From NCBI RefSeq assembly GCF_964204645.1, contig NC_134036.1:10705859-10769858 (forward strand): a DNA stretch of 64,000 nucleotides. The letters run 5' to 3'. Below are positions 12,680 through 27,346 of the stretch, in pieces; position 1 is the first letter of the stretch; each line of letters begins with the position of its first letter. The position numbers were made by a program, and so were the translations under genes. This DNA comes from Tubulanus polymorphus (lineage: Eukaryota; Animalia; Nemertea). Under the pieces are notes generated by a model. It ran no database searches. It was given only the letters and a program-made list of their open reading frames with translations, and was not told where the DNA came from.

Positions 12680-15600
12680 TTGTTGCCGAAACCAAAGTGG
12701 ACATGACCATTTTCATTGCTCCGAGTGTTTGGCCATCATATCGCGGAGAGAAAATATCGAAACACATCTAGTCGTATGTAATAAAACAGTCGTATCCGTC
12801 AACGAAGTACCAAATCCGCGCTCTGCTGCAGTCGTATCCGTCAACGAAGTACCGAATCCGCGCTCTTCAGCAGTCGTATCCGTCAACGAAGTACCGAATC
12901 CGCGCTCTGCAGAAGTCGTATCCGTCTACGAAGTACCGAATCCGCGCTCTGCAGCAGTCGTATCCAACGAAGTACCGAATCCGCGCTTAGAAACAGTCGT
13001 ATCCGTCAATGAAATGCCGAACCCACGCTCTGCAGCAGTCGTATCCAACGAAGTACCGAATCCGCGCTTAGAAACAGTCGTATCCGTCAATGAAATGCCG
13101 AACCCTAAATGGGACAATGTGAAATTTACACATTGCAATGCTACCATTAGGTATAGAAAAAATATAAAGAAGCATATGGCACAGCATTCACCTGCAATTA
13201 TTGATTCCAACAGACACCACCCCGGGTGTCGACCCCAATCGGGGAATATTTTTGATCGCGAATTCTATGCACGGAGCGGGATACCCCATCCATGTGATTG
13301 CAAGGGCATCGCCGCCTGCAATGTTCAGTTGCGAAAACGACACGTGCATCTCGGCATCAGAAGCGTCTGCACGAGGTGGCAATAATGCATACCAGAGTCC
13401 ACACGTCAAAAGTGCTACTCACGCCCTTCCATATGTAAATACACAGTTAAAAAACGACAGTTTAGAGTCACTTGCACATAGATAAATTATTGGAATAGAT
13501 AGCAAAAATGCTTGTCCAGTGCGTTCACAGTTGGCATTGCAAAAAAGGCTCCATTGATCAGTGTATGGATGAGAAGTGAACGCTTTATCCATATGTCAAT
13601 ATTTTGCGGAGAAATACGATCATGGAGTCGGCATGGTAGATGTGTCATTTCGTTCGATCGGAAAGCATAACAATTAAATTGTAAATGCTCATCAGGAAAG
13701 GCTGTATCCACAAGTCTATTGCAAAGTGGTTTTCATTGCAATCAAATCTGGCATTCACCGACGTGAAATCCAATAATCTGGACACCAAGACGCTGACCAT
13801 TCCATCGACAATTCATACCCGCCACAGGGTCAACTTTTGGACGAATTGTCACATTATTTACGCAATTACAAGCGAATCCCGGTTATCCCGGGACATGTAC
13901 AATCCCCAAGCCAAATCACGCAGATTAGACTTCGCAAAAATCGTTGCCATAAATGTGGATGTGAACTGCACGAACACAGATTTACGTTTCGCGGGGAAAT
14001 TGTCGATATTATTGCCATTCACATAAGTTATTTTGATTGGATTATTTAATGGATTTATTTAATTGAGTCGAAAATCATGCATTTAAAATGTTGTCTTATC
14101 TAATCATATAATGTTCAATGACACTGTTTTTTTAAGATATTGAAGTATACGTTCGGCAATGTCGACAATGAGGTCATTGGTTTTGATATCAGGAGCACGA
14201 TGAGGGAATTCATATCTTCGACGGCAGTTTGTTGTTGTCGACTCGTTTATGTCTGTGGTTACGAGCTGGTTTGATGGTAAGTATCAACCTCACTGTAAAG
14301 TTCAAATATGACTTTGTTAATTCTATTGTTCATGAAATTTTATGTCTTATAATTTCAGAATCATACAGCAGTAGGTCGTTTGGTGTCAATCATAGAGGAA
14401 ACATCGAACATAAAAACTCAACCAACAGGCTCAATGGTAAGGCATAAATCAAGTTTTAGCAGATCAGACAAATATGTTTGTTTCTACCAACGGACGTCAT
14501 TCATCCGCGTTATTTTCTATTGCAGCTGCAGAATTAGAGCCAACAGACGACTGCACGGATGATGCAAATATTGATTCGTTTTAATTGCAAGTGGAAACTG
14601 ATATAATCAATCAATCAAGCAAAGGTAGCATTTTCAACATTAGAAGGTAGCCACATTTATCTCAAATAGTGGCTACAGCAATCGTTTGTACATATTTAAG
14701 GTTGCATGGCAAACAAGATAGTAGCCCCAAACTTTAGTAACTGGGCGCCATGGATCGTAAAAGTAGAAGCGGTGATACCGCTGTAAATACAGAGTACAAA
14801 AAATACAACTGTTTGCATGTCCCAAGACGACAACAATGATGAAGACAATGAATTGACGATAACCACCGAACAGATATTACATTTGATGTACGACACTGTG
14901 GTAAGGAGTTAACAGACCTAGATTATGACTAAATAATTCTTACCTACAATGGCAAGATGGAATAAGCGCTATTATTACAGTACAAGACATTCAGAAAGCA
15001 TGCAGAAGCATCGGAATAAAAAAGACCGGATCGAAAACGGGTATGCTTAAAATGCTTTAAAGCAAGGTCTATGGTAACAATAGTACTATGAAAAGTTAGT
15101 TAAACTATGAGGAGCATCAGGTAAGGAACAATGTTCGTTGTTTCTCCGAACTTAAATATAAAGTTCGTTCGAATAATATGACTTTATTTTTATTGTCAGG
15201 TGGTTGGCTTGCTGTAACATGTCCACATCGAGTGGCCTACGGTATTAAGGTGTTACTTGGTGGAGAAGGGGCGAGAGATCACGTACACATGATACTTTCC
15301 ATGAAGCACCAGCCGACTGTTGTAATAAGTGACTTGGCTGGGATAGTAGCAAAACACGGCAATCAACGCACTTCGAATATGTTTCATCCTAACGAAGGCC
15401 GTCTGTTAGAACCAACCGAGGAAAATATCACAGCGGCCAAAAACAAAGAAACTAGACATTGATATACCCTATTTAAGACACTTGAAATATGAACAGTTGT
15501 CAACCATGATTATGTAAATAATACAGGTGGCCATCCAATCACTCGTACAACGGATACCTACGTATTTTCAATCGTTTTCACGAAACTAACACCAGCGTCG

Positions 15601-15890
15601 AGAAAGATATTTTGAGACGGATGAACCATGTGCGCCAGTTACGTGGTTGGCTAAATAGCGAATCGCAAGAACAGATTAATTCTCTGATAAAAAAGAAAAT
15701 TTTTTTCTCGACGTGATGGGTGCTGCAAAACACGTTTTCGTGCTGCGACTCATTATTCACTTCTGGAACGTTCGAATCAATTGTGATGCGGAGCATTTAC
15801 TTGAGAAAAGAACGGAGCAAGTGTCATCGATTGATCCGTATGGAAGAATAAAGTTCGATATAGGCATAAACTCGGGTACGTTAAAAGTCA
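12680..15890 (+). pseudogene. Zisupton/KDZ (HMGXB3-like) transposase, degenerate and multi-exon
   Basis: Motifs HFHCSEC..H, VDPNRGIFLI..GYPIHV, GCIHKSIAKWF, a SAP-like stretch near 14990-15060, GGWLAVTCPHRVAYGIKVL..EGARD..VISD and RFHETN...NSESQEQ; many stops and frameshifts. Confidence 0.75.
12787..13107 (+). repeat. Coding minisatellite, 42/39-bp units (VVSVNEVPNPRSAA), ~8 copies
   Basis: Directly visible; frame-preserving units inside the KDZ N-terminal ORF. Confidence 0.9.
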
Positions 15891-17039
15891 ATACGTAAAT
15901 ATATTCTTTGCTTATGTCACTTTCAAGAATCATGTATAACACATCATTACAGTCAACGTCCAGTTACTGCGGATACACGAAATGATAGTCCAATAACTGC
16001 GGATACACGAAATGAAACAAACACGAACTCACATGTAACATTTTTTGCAATATTTACACTTCAAAATACTATAACGTCGTTGTTACCAGTCTTGCCGAAG
16101 CAGAGAGATTTCTTAGACATTTGCACTCAGTTCCATGTGTAGCGGTTGTAGTGTAAACATAAAAAAAAAAGTAATTCAGGTAGTGACTGCTGTTGTCCAT
16201 AGGTAGCGTAGTCGTAGTCACTCTGCTGTGCCGGGGCGCTCGCTACACGGGTCCGCCTGGGTCGACCGCACTCGGGTAGTGAATACGGCAAGGAGACTTG
16301 TCTTCCCCAGGAAAGTAAATGATATAAAATATGTAGAATCGGTTCCTCTATTAAAAAATGTCGCTAAAAAGGGCGCTTAAGCAGTACGCTCTCCTCCAAA
16401 CAGTCGCCTCCCTACTCCACGTAGCCTTAATCTGTGTGGCCAATACAGACCCCCCAACCCGCTCTCCTCAGAGTAATCCGCTTTAGGGGCTTTCCTCGGA
16501 CGAAACTCGCAGTGTTGATTACTCGGCGGATATGGCTACCCCCATTCCAAGTGCCCTCTCGCACATAGCTGTCCCCCGTCATCTCAGGAGCTAATTGCGA
16601 CTCATGCCAGATCTGTCAAACTAGTCGTATGCATAAGTGTTGTCCGTAGCGACGGTCAATAGGGGAACGATCCTCACGTAGAACTAAATGGGTTCGATGC
16701 AGCAGGAAAACAAACAGAAATCCTCGTCCTTCCTTCCAGTGCCGGCGAATCAAATAAACGCAAGATTCGAAGTTTGATTGGAATGTAGTACGAATTATTA
16801 AATATATATATTTTCTTATAATACAAAGTTCATCGTTCTTGATGCCAAGGGGACATCATGTCCACACGCAAAACACCTTGATTATTTACATTTCGATATA
16901 TAAAAAGAATGTGCCCTTCGTGGCTTGCAAAGCCTTGGTACAGTCAATGTACGGTAGCATACAAAGGAGACGACCGAACGTCAAATAGAAGCGGTGGCGC
17001 GGCGGACTCCGGTGTGTATCTAATATAACTTAGGTCTCA

Positions 17040-17481
17040 GTAAACGAGCGTCGAAGCGAATCAACGATTAAGATGTTAACGACGAAGCGTCAAGTAGTTA
17101 ACGACGAGCGTTGTCGTTAATCAACGATAAGAATTATACGACGGAGCGTCAAATAGTCAACGACGAACGTTGTCTTCAATCAACGATAAGAATTATACGA
17201 CGGAGCGTCAAATAGTTAACGACGAGCGTGGTCGTTAATCAACGATAGGAATTATACGACGGAGCGTCAAATAGTTAACGACGAGCGTTGTCTTCAATCA
17301 ACGATAAGAATTATACGACGGAGCGTCAAATAGTTAACGACGAGCGTTGTCTTCAATCAACGATAAGAATTATACGACGGAGCGTCAAATAGTTAACGAC
17401 GAGCGTTGTCTTCAATCAACGATAAGAATTACACGACGGAACGTCAAATAGTTAACGACGAGCGTTGTCGTTAATCAACGA
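17040..17481. repeat. 59-bp tandem repeat, ~7 copies
   Basis: Unit AACGACGAGCGTTGTCTTCAATCAACGATAAGAATTATACGACGGAGCGTCAAATAGTT; period 59 (e.g. 17277, 17336). Confidence 0.9.
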
Positions 17482-18215
17482 CTGCGCGCCAAATTCAAAA
17501 TGTCGGTGACGCGAACTCAAAGAGTCGAAATTCAGAGGCGACGTCAAGAAGATGAAACGACCGCGCGTTCGTTCAAAAAAGGAATTACTGAATACAGGTG
17601 ATTTTCATGGTCAGCAGAAACGACATCTCGGAGTAAAATTACGGAAATAGCACAGAAGATATACCATACTATTATTATTACTATTACTAATTACAGCGAC
17701 GAGAGCGTTAAGTTGGCATCGTCAGAGGATTGAATTTAAACAGACGATGAACTGACGGAGAATTTACAATATTTACAGGATTGTAAGTGACGAGTTTATC
17801 GGCAGCCCATGGCCGACGACTACACGACCCCCGGGTGCGTCGGCACTCGGGACTCACTGAGGGCGGGATGTCAAAAACCACTGAAGCGATCCCGGGGTCA
17901 GACGACCCGGAGGCCCGTGTCTTAATTAGAGAGTAAAATTGTCTTCTTACATGATCTGTACGATTTACAGCGTCCGATTCGTAAAACGGCGAAGAGGCAG
18001 CAAGAAGAGTTTCTAATGTGGCTCTGCCAGAGCCAAGTTGCCAATGAGCGCGATTGCGCCAAATTTATAGTTTTAATGCGGTCAACGCACGCGGTGATTG
18101 GTCAAGCGTGACGAGCAGTGATACGATCCGCGGACAAAGTAGAGCACGCGAAATCATTCGACCGTGACGAATGATAAAACCCTAAATAAAGACTTCATAC
18201 GCGAGAAATAGAATT

Positions 18216-21200
18216 GGGACATTCTACAAAAAATGTGAAATTTATGTGCATGCACAATTGATAGATACTGATTGGTTCAAATGGTGACATTGAACCAAAT
18301 AACTATTGACGGGAGACTGTTTGACACATTTAGCAATTGTTTTTGACCTTATGACCCACCCGCTTAATATAAGGGGACCATTTACCCCCCAAATGTCCTT
18401 GGAGTTACTGTGTGCATTATTGTGGTTTATTCATTCGCAGATTTCCTAGCTGTAATTCAATCATAGTAAAATCACTAATCTTAATGGTGATATGTCCCTA
18501 GGTGTGTTATTTAAGGAGATATATTTGTTTAAGATACATCGACATTCCTTACCTGTAAAAAATTACTTTAATTTATTGTGCTAGATAAAATGTCTTTGGG
18601 GTTACTCACCTCAAAAAATCAACCTGTGGCAAGCATATATTCATTCAACCATAAAGTTTTGGCGGGACAGATGGCGCTTCTTAAACCCGTACAGAAAGAA
18701 GGCAACGTGGAAATTTCTGTAAGTTCATGTTTTCCAAAAATCTTTATAAATGTCCGGGTTTAGAACTGTGAAAGTTAATGCTGTCTTTGGTGTTATCAAT
18801 ATAGCTTCTATAGAATTCATTTTTAAGTTTACAAAATAACTTTGTACATATTATTGATTGATTTATATAAAGGTTTTCTCAGAATCATCACGCCTCCATT
18901 AATACGGTGCTGCATTAGGTGCATTCTCGTAGGTTTTGTCCTCGGTGTAGACTGTCTTTGGGGTAACCGAAATACAGGTTGATATTGGTAACACCAAAGA
19001 CACTAGGTAACAACAAAGACACAAAAGATAGATCTTGTTTTCTACTGGCCTTTTCTAATGTGTTTTAATAAGCAATGAAAGAATGTTAAAGATATTTTTG
19101 AAATTAATTAGTCTTATTATATATTTCAGTAACTTTCCACAAGGCATACCGATTTTATTGTAAGGGAGCCATGCCTCTCTCTGCAAAAGAAAAAATGCGG
19201 CGCTATAGGGAGAAACGAAATGCTGATCCGCAGCGCCGAACTCAATAGTTGGATGATCGGAAACGAAAATACAAAGAAGATAAACTCTACACGCCAATTG
19301 ATCATTTAAGCGAAAGGGAGGCAAGGAAAACTCGGAGGAAGTGGAGAAGATCAAAACGTCAATATCGAACTCAGTTAAAAAGTCGAAATGAAATCCTCAC
19401 TCCACCAAGTACCCCTGATAACCCAATTCCAGGGCCATCAAGGTAAGTTTATAGCACCAACATTTCACCTAACGTTTTAGATACAAAAATAGAGACAGAG
19501 ACTTTTAAGAGTATTTTCAAGATGATCTGCTCTATATTTCCAGAGCTACTTCACAGCATAAAATCATGCGTAATAGCAGTACCGATCTTCATGTTTGAAC
19601 GACCTTCATGCCGACTTTTTAACTGAGCAAACATATTCATCATTAAGACCAATAAAAACATAATTTCGTTGTATTTTCAGGCAATCCCAACAAGGATTGA
19701 GAAGTCGACGAAAGGCTTTGACAGACATGAAACGTCAAAATGAAAAGTTAACTGAACAATTAATGAAACAAAAACGAAAGTGCAATGCCCTACGAATGAA
19801 ATTAAGTCGACTTAACAGACCTTCAGGCCCAAGTACGCCGAGAACAAAAGCTAGAATGTTGCTGAAAGAAAATGACAGAAATGCAGTGAAAAAGCGTTTG
19901 ACGATGTATTATGTGCTGAAGGATTCACGCAACAATAAAGAACATCGTAAAAAAGAACTTATCAAAAGAAAGTATTCGTTGACATTCATAAGAAAATACA
20001 AACTTCTCAGTCTTTTTCGAAAAGAACTTTCGTTAAGCAATAGAGTGTTAGCTACTGAGAACTGCCCAAATAATGTGCGCCGGAAATCAGAAAAGGCATT
20101 GCAAACTAGGGAAACAATTAGAAGGTATTTTGAAAGAGATGATGTAAGCAGAATGACTGCTGGGAAAAAGCAAACGATAACACTCAAGAAACTAAAAAAG
20201 CAACGTCGAATCCTCAATGATTCCCTGCGCATTCTCTACGCAAAATTCGTTTCGGAGCATGGTTACGTATCTTACAGTTACTTTTGTAGGCTCCGGCCAT
20301 TTTGGGTGCTCCCTCCTACCGAGAAAGACAGAGAAACGTGTCAATGTAAAGTTCACGAAAACATGCGTTATATGGTGGAGAAACTGCATCAAATTGGTAT
20401 AATTCCCGAGAAAGATCTGCACAGTGTTTACAAGGATCTGGTGTGTGATGAGAAGAGCAAGGCCTGTGCATATGGTGAATGTAAAAGGTGTGTCCATTTT
20501 AGCGTCACCAAAATGCGCATGCCAACCACAGAAAATGTGACTTATGAAAAATGAGTGTCTAAAACGAATAATTACGGATCGAAGATTGTTGCGAAAGAAA
20601 TGATATCGGCAACTGAAGAGGAATTGATGGTTGAAATTGAATCATTTTTGGAAAGATTTAAGCGGCACATTTTTAATATATTTAACCAACTAGCTGTATA
20701 CAAATCTCTGCGGGAAAACCTGAAGGAAAATCAAGCATTAATTCATTGTGACTTTTCTGAAAACTATGTTTGCAAGTACGCTACAGAAATACAGTCAGCA
20801 CATTTTGGTGGCTCCCACGCTCAGGTGTCTTTGCACACTGGTGTAGTCTATCTGAAAAACCAACTTGGAATGTCATTTTGTACAATTTCCGACAACACAA
20901 AACATGATCCTGTTGCGATCTGGTGCCATTTGAAGCCAGTATTAGAAAAACTGAAAGCAGATCACCCACAGATTTCACATCTTGAAATATTTAGCGACGG
21001 ACCGACAACTCAGTATCGACAGAAGGCGAATTTCTTTTTGATGACAACAGAGCCAAAAAAGTACGGGGTTCAACAGATTCGTTGGCATTTCTTAGAATCT
21101 GGCCATGGAAAGGGGGCCGCCGACGGTATTGGAGCGGCCGTTAAAAGATCAGCTGATGCGCTAGTAAAAGGCGGACATGATATTCAAGATGCTTTTAAAA

Positions 21201-22806
21201 TGTTCCGGTTATTGAATGAAGGAAAGTCTGCAGTGAAGCTATTCTTCGTTGATGGCAAGAATATTGACAAAAAAGCCACCACTTTTGAGCAGGAACTTAC
21301 AAAAAACCCTTTGAAACCTGTACCGGGAACAATGAGGATACACGAGATACATGTAGTGTCGGAAGGAGTGATAGCTGTGCGTGATATAAGCTGTATTTGT
21401 TCCTCTGAGAAAGTTTGCCAATGTTTTGGGCTCCATACAGAATCTTTACTGAAAGACGGAAAGGCTGAGCAACCAAAGACATCAAGCGCTCAACTAACTG
21501 ATAACAGCAGTAATATTGTCATTATAAAGGAGTCTGATGTAGGTAGATGGTGTGTTGTCCAATATCATTTTGATGGGTACTTGTATCCTGGTCAGATAGT
21601 TTCTGTAGATGAAGAAGATGGGGGCTGTGAAGTTCGCTGTATGCACCGAAAAGGTGTTAATAAATTCTACAATCCGCCGATAGATGATATTACTTATTAC
21701 GACAATAGGGATGTCATAATATTTACTAGAGAACCTGTTTTAGATGCAAGGGGAAGGTTTTTTTCACTTGAAAAATCTATTTGGGAAAAGATCAGTCATT
21801 TAGAGTAATTGTTTCAATTCAAATTAATTACTGTACGCTTCGTATAATTTTTTAGTGTTTGTAGAGGAGTATGTTTTAAAAATTTGTGAAAACTTTTTAT
21901 TTGTTGCAATGTTCAAAATTGTTATTTATTAAGATGTGAATGTTTGAAAAGTAAAATCGTTTCAAGTTTAATCTGTTCAATGAATCCACCTTTTATGGTA
22001 CATGGTTAGGTTCGTGAAATGTCTTTGGTGTTACCGTTCGTTTCATAAATTTTTTTCAGTGTTTTTATGTTTCAAAAATTTGTAAAAAATGTTATATAAT
22101 TTGTTTTAATGTGGAAAAATGTTATCTATTTAGATGTGAATGTTGGAAATGATCATCTTTGAGAAAAATACATTATCGTTTTATCAAAATTAAATCAATA
22201 CTCCTATGCTTATACGGTTAGGTTCTGTGATGTCCTCGGTGTAGTATGTCTTAGGTGATACCGGCCAGTCCTTGGTGTTACTTATTTTGATTCTTTCATC
22301 TTAAAACTTATAGGAAGCCTGTTGAAAATACATTATCTGAAATCTGTTCGCCTACTATAGCTAAAAATGGCAATACATAGTAAATGTCATATAGAACAAG
22401 TATTTTGACGCGGTTTCTAATTTATTCTCAAATTTTCTAAAATAGCACTAGTTACAATAGTTTATGAGAACCACATAATCAAAATGATGCCAGATATTCA
22501 TTAAAAAAACTAATTAATAACATCATACACGTAATACACTAGTAATCCAGAGCGAAATTTTATTTTAAAAATTCCTGAAAGTTTTTTCTGGTAACCATAT
22601 TGTGCAGTAACACCGAAGACTCGGATCGTCTGGGTGTGTGTTGATGCTCATGCACATCACTTAATGCAAAATGCCCAAGCAGGGAAATTTTTCCCAGATG
22701 TAAGCGTACGTAAGAGTATAATTTTCTCCAATTCTCAAATGATTTCACTATTTAAAAAATTATATTATTTTAGAACCCGAATTTCACAATTTTTGTAGAA
22801 TGTCCG
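18216..22806 (+). mobile_element. Sola2 DNA transposon
   Basis: ~27-bp TIRs GGGACATTCTACAAAAAATGTGAAATT / AATTTCACAATTTTTGTAGAATGTCCG; AATT on both flanks (18212-18215, 22807-22810); repeated subterminal TGTCYTTGGTGTTA-like motifs at both ends. Confidence 0.85.
19171..21808 (+). pseudogene. Sola2 transposase, two exons (19171-19442, 19681-21808), with two premature stops
   Basis: Motifs HCDFSENY, EIQSAHFG, FSDGPTTQYRQK and ESGHGKGAADGIG. The GT-AG intron 19443-19680 joins the exons in frame. Premature stops: TAG at 19246-19248 and TGA at 20552-20554. Confidence 0.85.
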
Positions 22807-25009
22807 AATTAAGTTCTATAATATTTTAAGATTAACGCGAAAAATGACGACTATAAGACCGATACGGAGATATTTACTAAAAATAAACCGGAGTTAACCG
22901 CACCACCGCGAAAACGCTCACACGGAAGTGAGGCGGCGCCAGCGAACGGCGTCGTAAAAACGAGCGTAAACACGAGCAGGGCTGGAGAATTCTCCGGCGA
23001 CGAGACGGAACCAAAACGGCCCAAAATCAAAGAAGTTGGGTCTCGAATATAAAAAGGAGAACACACACTAATAGGTAGGTGGAGGATAAAAGAATGGCCT
23101 GGACAGGCGCCGAAAAATCGCTAATGTCACCGCGATGTGGCGTGGCCAACACCGCGGGGGCCTGCCCAGGTCGTGAAATTGGAATCTGACAGGACTGCCA
23201 AAAATCTGTCAGATTGAAATTGAGCCGAAAAGATCCCGAAACATCGCCGCAGAACACCCAGCCCCGTCCCGGAATACGTACATCTAAAAAGAAACAATGA
23301 GAAAAGAACAGCTAAAGGCCATTCCGAAATACATAATATAATTTCACCAAAGACCGACATTTTGTGGTCAAACCCACCCCAGATATTGACAATTTTCGCC
23401 ACACATGCATGTAAATATGTAGTAAATGTTTACATAATATAATTTTACGGGGCCGAGAAATTCGTAAGTATTTCTGTCTGAAAATCCGCTTTAGAAATTC
23501 AGTCAAAAATAACTATTGATTTCAAGGATTTATTCACATTTTAACACATAGAACCGGTATTCAATGTATACAGTGCATTGTGATATTCTGTAAATTACAT
23601 ACATACCTACAGCTACATAAATTACTACGCGGACTCAAAATTCATCTTCAACAAATCGATGGTTTTCTTCTTTTTTATTGCTTATTATCCTCTCACATCA
23701 CACACATACACAAATACGAATTAATTTTTTTTTCGAATTCACGTTTCAACTTACTATAGTGCTTGATGAAAAACATTCAGTAAACAAAACCTAACGAATT
23801 TGATCGAGTTTACCAGAAAAATACCAAATATCCATTCAGCATTCATACTTCGTATACGGTGCACTGTTAACTATAGCAACTCCACCTTAATTTGACGATC
23901 ATCTCTATTAGAAGTGACGTCATCGTGGGGGGTCAGCAGTGTTTTGTGTACAATAGGTTTAGCACGTGGAGTAATTTTTATCTAATTCTATTTATCTAAT
24001 TTCGTAACCGGAGTTCTAACAACCCCAAAATTCTTCGATCTTTAAATCAGTTCTAACTAATTTCGGCTAGGCACGTGTGCTTAAATCATAACATAGCATA
24101 AGCAACAAACTGTGCGAACTGTGATGCGCCGACGGCCCCCACGGCTAGGGCACCATTCTCGAGGTAATCTACCTGTACTGATTTTTTCTAGCACTTTACG
24201 TACTTTAAATCCAGACAAGAAAGGAACTCTAGGGTGATAAGCTTTGCACTGGTAACTTTTTCATAATCAAAACCAAGATAATATTTACCGTATACCATTC
24301 ATCTCTGTAGCGGAACAGCGATTCGTCTAACAATCGCTCGGTTGCAATTCAATGAGAAGTCCTACTCAAAAGTTTTGTCAAGTTCAATGTGTGACCATTG
24401 TTCAATGCTAGATCCTTGAATAGATGCACCTACTATCAGGGTCCCAGGTTCAAAGATCTTGTATTATTTTCTTCCTCCTCGTGTACTCTTCCTACCCAGT
24501 GACATTGTGGCCGATCCTGATTTTTTGAAATGTAAGCAACAACAAACTTCTTTTGAAATATAGAAAGCATCAACTTTGTGATCCAAGGATGGTACTCTTT
24601 TGGCTCATTTGCTAGTTGCTATATCTTTCTAAATCTCGCCTTTTCGCCAACCGTCGGGTGGCCCCAATGCCGCTATAGACCAAATGTCGCCATAAACCGA
24701 AGATTTCGCTGTGGAAATAGTAAACGCTTCCTAATTCACTAAACGCATCGAGAATGATTAGTCGTCCATTTTGCTCGTGTCGTCCACAATTCTTGCACGC
24801 TGGGTGTAAAGACCTCGTATTTCCTTTTTCCCAATTCACTGTCGATTACCCTGTTGAAAATTGATTCCAGCTTTAAACTGGCCGAATACCATAGCCCTAT
24901 ACTTAGCAGGGATGAAATGCATATGAGAGAAACGTAAACATTTCGGAAAAGTATGCTTTAACAAAATTGTAGCTATTGACATGTTCTATGATTGTGGTGA
25001 GTTCTAAGG

Positions 25010-26026
25010 TCATCGCTTTCTATATGATTTCAAATGTTCACCAAGGTGTGTTGAATATCGGAATTTTCTGTTGGGCATTTCAAACCATTGGCGTGGTGTC
25101 TCTGGACCTCTTAGATAAAATTGATATATTTCATCAATTACTTGATGATCTAAATCAGACTTTAATTGTTCTATTTCTTTATTTTTATCAGTTAATTCTT
25201 TTTCTAAAGTTCTAATTTTAAAATCTCTTATACTTTTATCATGCGCAATTTTATCAGATGCAAGTCTTATACTAAAAATTTCTCTTATTGCTTTATCAGA
25301 AAATATATCTAAATCTTCTAATTCTTGATCTGTTGCATCAAGTAATCCATTCGGTAAAAGTTTTTCAATTGGAACTTTATTTGATTTAAGTTTACTAGTT
25401 TTGGAAGTTTTATTCTGTTCAGAAGTTGTTTCTGTTTCTGGATTATCTTTGATTGTTTCAAATAATTCATTAATTCTTTGTTTAAATACTCTTTCATTTT
25501 TAATAATTTCTTCTTGTGTTACATCTTCTATTTCATAACGATTTCTTATTCTTTTAATTCTAGATAGGTCTAACCTAAACAAAGTTGATTCTGCTAATAT
25601 TTTGTTTTGTTTTTTATAAGAGATATCAATATAATAATCATCTTTCAAATGATAATAATATTCACCATCTAATGATTTTAATTCTCTTACTAAATATCTG
25701 GCGCCTCTATCATTTATATTATATCCAGATTCTTTAAATACACGTTGAAAATCATACATAAATTCAATATTTTCTAAATTTTGTTTTACTAAATCTGGAT
25801 TTTCATTTTCAGTAGGTATTCTCGATCTAGTTCTTCTATCAAATTCATCTGTTGATGGGACTTTAGAACCACTATCTGCTAAATTAGAATTATATGCTGA
25901 TTCATCATCATTATCAATATTAGTTTCATTAAGATTAGCACCTGCATCATTATAATCATCATCAATATATCCTTCATCATTATTTCCCCCGTTTTACAAT
26001 GGAAAATCTTCTCCGACTTCTGCCAT
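25010..26026 (-). pseudogene. Acidic/coiled-coil viral protein, 3'-truncated
   Basis: The ATG at 26026 (TAAATG) is in frame with ORF 25010-25759 across a single TAA at codon 11. The last ~30 codons look like flanking DNA. Confidence 0.55.
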
Positions 26027-26042
26027 TTACATAATAAAAAAA

Positions 26043-27330
26043 TTAAAATTTAAAATATGATATTCCTCCGATTACAATTCCTATACAAGTTAAAGCTAAT
26101 TTAGCATTTTCATGGGATATATTATCATCATTAGTTTTAATTATATCAAGTTGAATATTATCAGTTTTAACATTTTCTGATGTATTATAATCCGGTTTAG
26201 AATCATTATTTAATTTAATATTTTTAGTTTTAGTTTCAGTTGATTGAATATGTTTTTTATTTTTTTCACCTTCCATTAATTTTGGAGCAGTGATAATCTT
26301 TTTATTTATATCATTCAATCCAAATGAATTATTTATTGTTGCAGTTTTAATTAGATTATTATAACCAATTATATTTCCCATCTTTAATACTAAGTCATTA
26401 GAAATAATTAATAGATTAGGGCCTATACAATAATTTAATCTAATATGTGATTTATCTAAATAATTTTGATATCTTACAATGTTTTCTGGAATCGATCTAT
26501 TTTTATCATTATGTATGGAATCTTCAAATAAAATTTAAATTGTTTTTGTGTATCGAATGATGTATTCAAATTTCCAATTAACGGTGATCTTGTTTCAACT
26601 TGCGCACCTAAAATACATATCAAATAAGTTCTAATAGATTGATTTATTCTTTGTATACCTGATTCAATGTTTCTAAATCCTTAGTTTCTATTTTACCATA
26701 ACCTAATTTATTACTATAGATATTATAAAAACTATTAGATGGTATGGGAAGTGCACAATATTCTGCAATCTTTTTAGGGCAAGGAAGTGATCTTATTGTT
26801 CCAATTTTTGTTCTAAAATCAGAATTATTTATATCTATATTAAATTCATTGCAAATTTTATAAAACTTAGATAAATTAATATTATTATCTAATTCTTTAA
26901 AATATCTAGATCCTGGTAAAGCACACTCTAATTCATTTAATATTATTCTGATTTGAAAGTATGTATGAAATCTAAATAAACTTTGCATTAATTTATATTT
27001 AGAATTATTCAAATGATCATTCCAACTAATTCCACAACCTGTTGTTGCACAATAAACAGCAAAATTTAATTGGTTCTGCCAATACTTCATATTAGATTTT
27101 AATAACCATTGTTTTTCATCTTTCAATTTTTTAAAATTAATTAAATATACATGAAATATATTTATCATCTTTGCATTAAAATTATTAGTTTCAGTAACAT
27201 AAATTTCTAAATTAGTTAATGAATCTAAAACTTCATTTCTATATGTAATATCTTTATTAAAATCTATTGCTGGAATATTATATTTAATTGATTTATTATA
27301 TTGGAAAGCTTTTGGAAAACTATCTACCAT
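26043..27330 (-). pseudogene. Viral protein of unknown function with C-terminal hydrophobic helix, frameshifted
   Basis: ORFs 26644-27330 (WQNQLNFAVYCATTGCGIS..SLFRFHTYFQIR) and 26043-26381 are linked by disrupted coding sequence; there is only one promoter motif, at 27330. Confidence 0.55.
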
Positions 27331-27346
27331 TTATTTAATAAAAAAA

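Noticed and set aside
16460-16510. Hammerhead ribozyme
   Set aside because: CTGAGGAG and CGAAA lie on opposite strands, so the core cannot be assembled.
17040-17481. CRISPR-like array (also considered for 36230-37550 and 40926-41172)
   Set aside because: Units are contiguous with no unique spacers, the context is eukaryotic, and there are no cas genes.
17805-17875. HDV-like ribozyme
   Set aside because: A GCCGACG/CGTCGGC stem exists, but P1.1, L3 and P2 elements do not fit.
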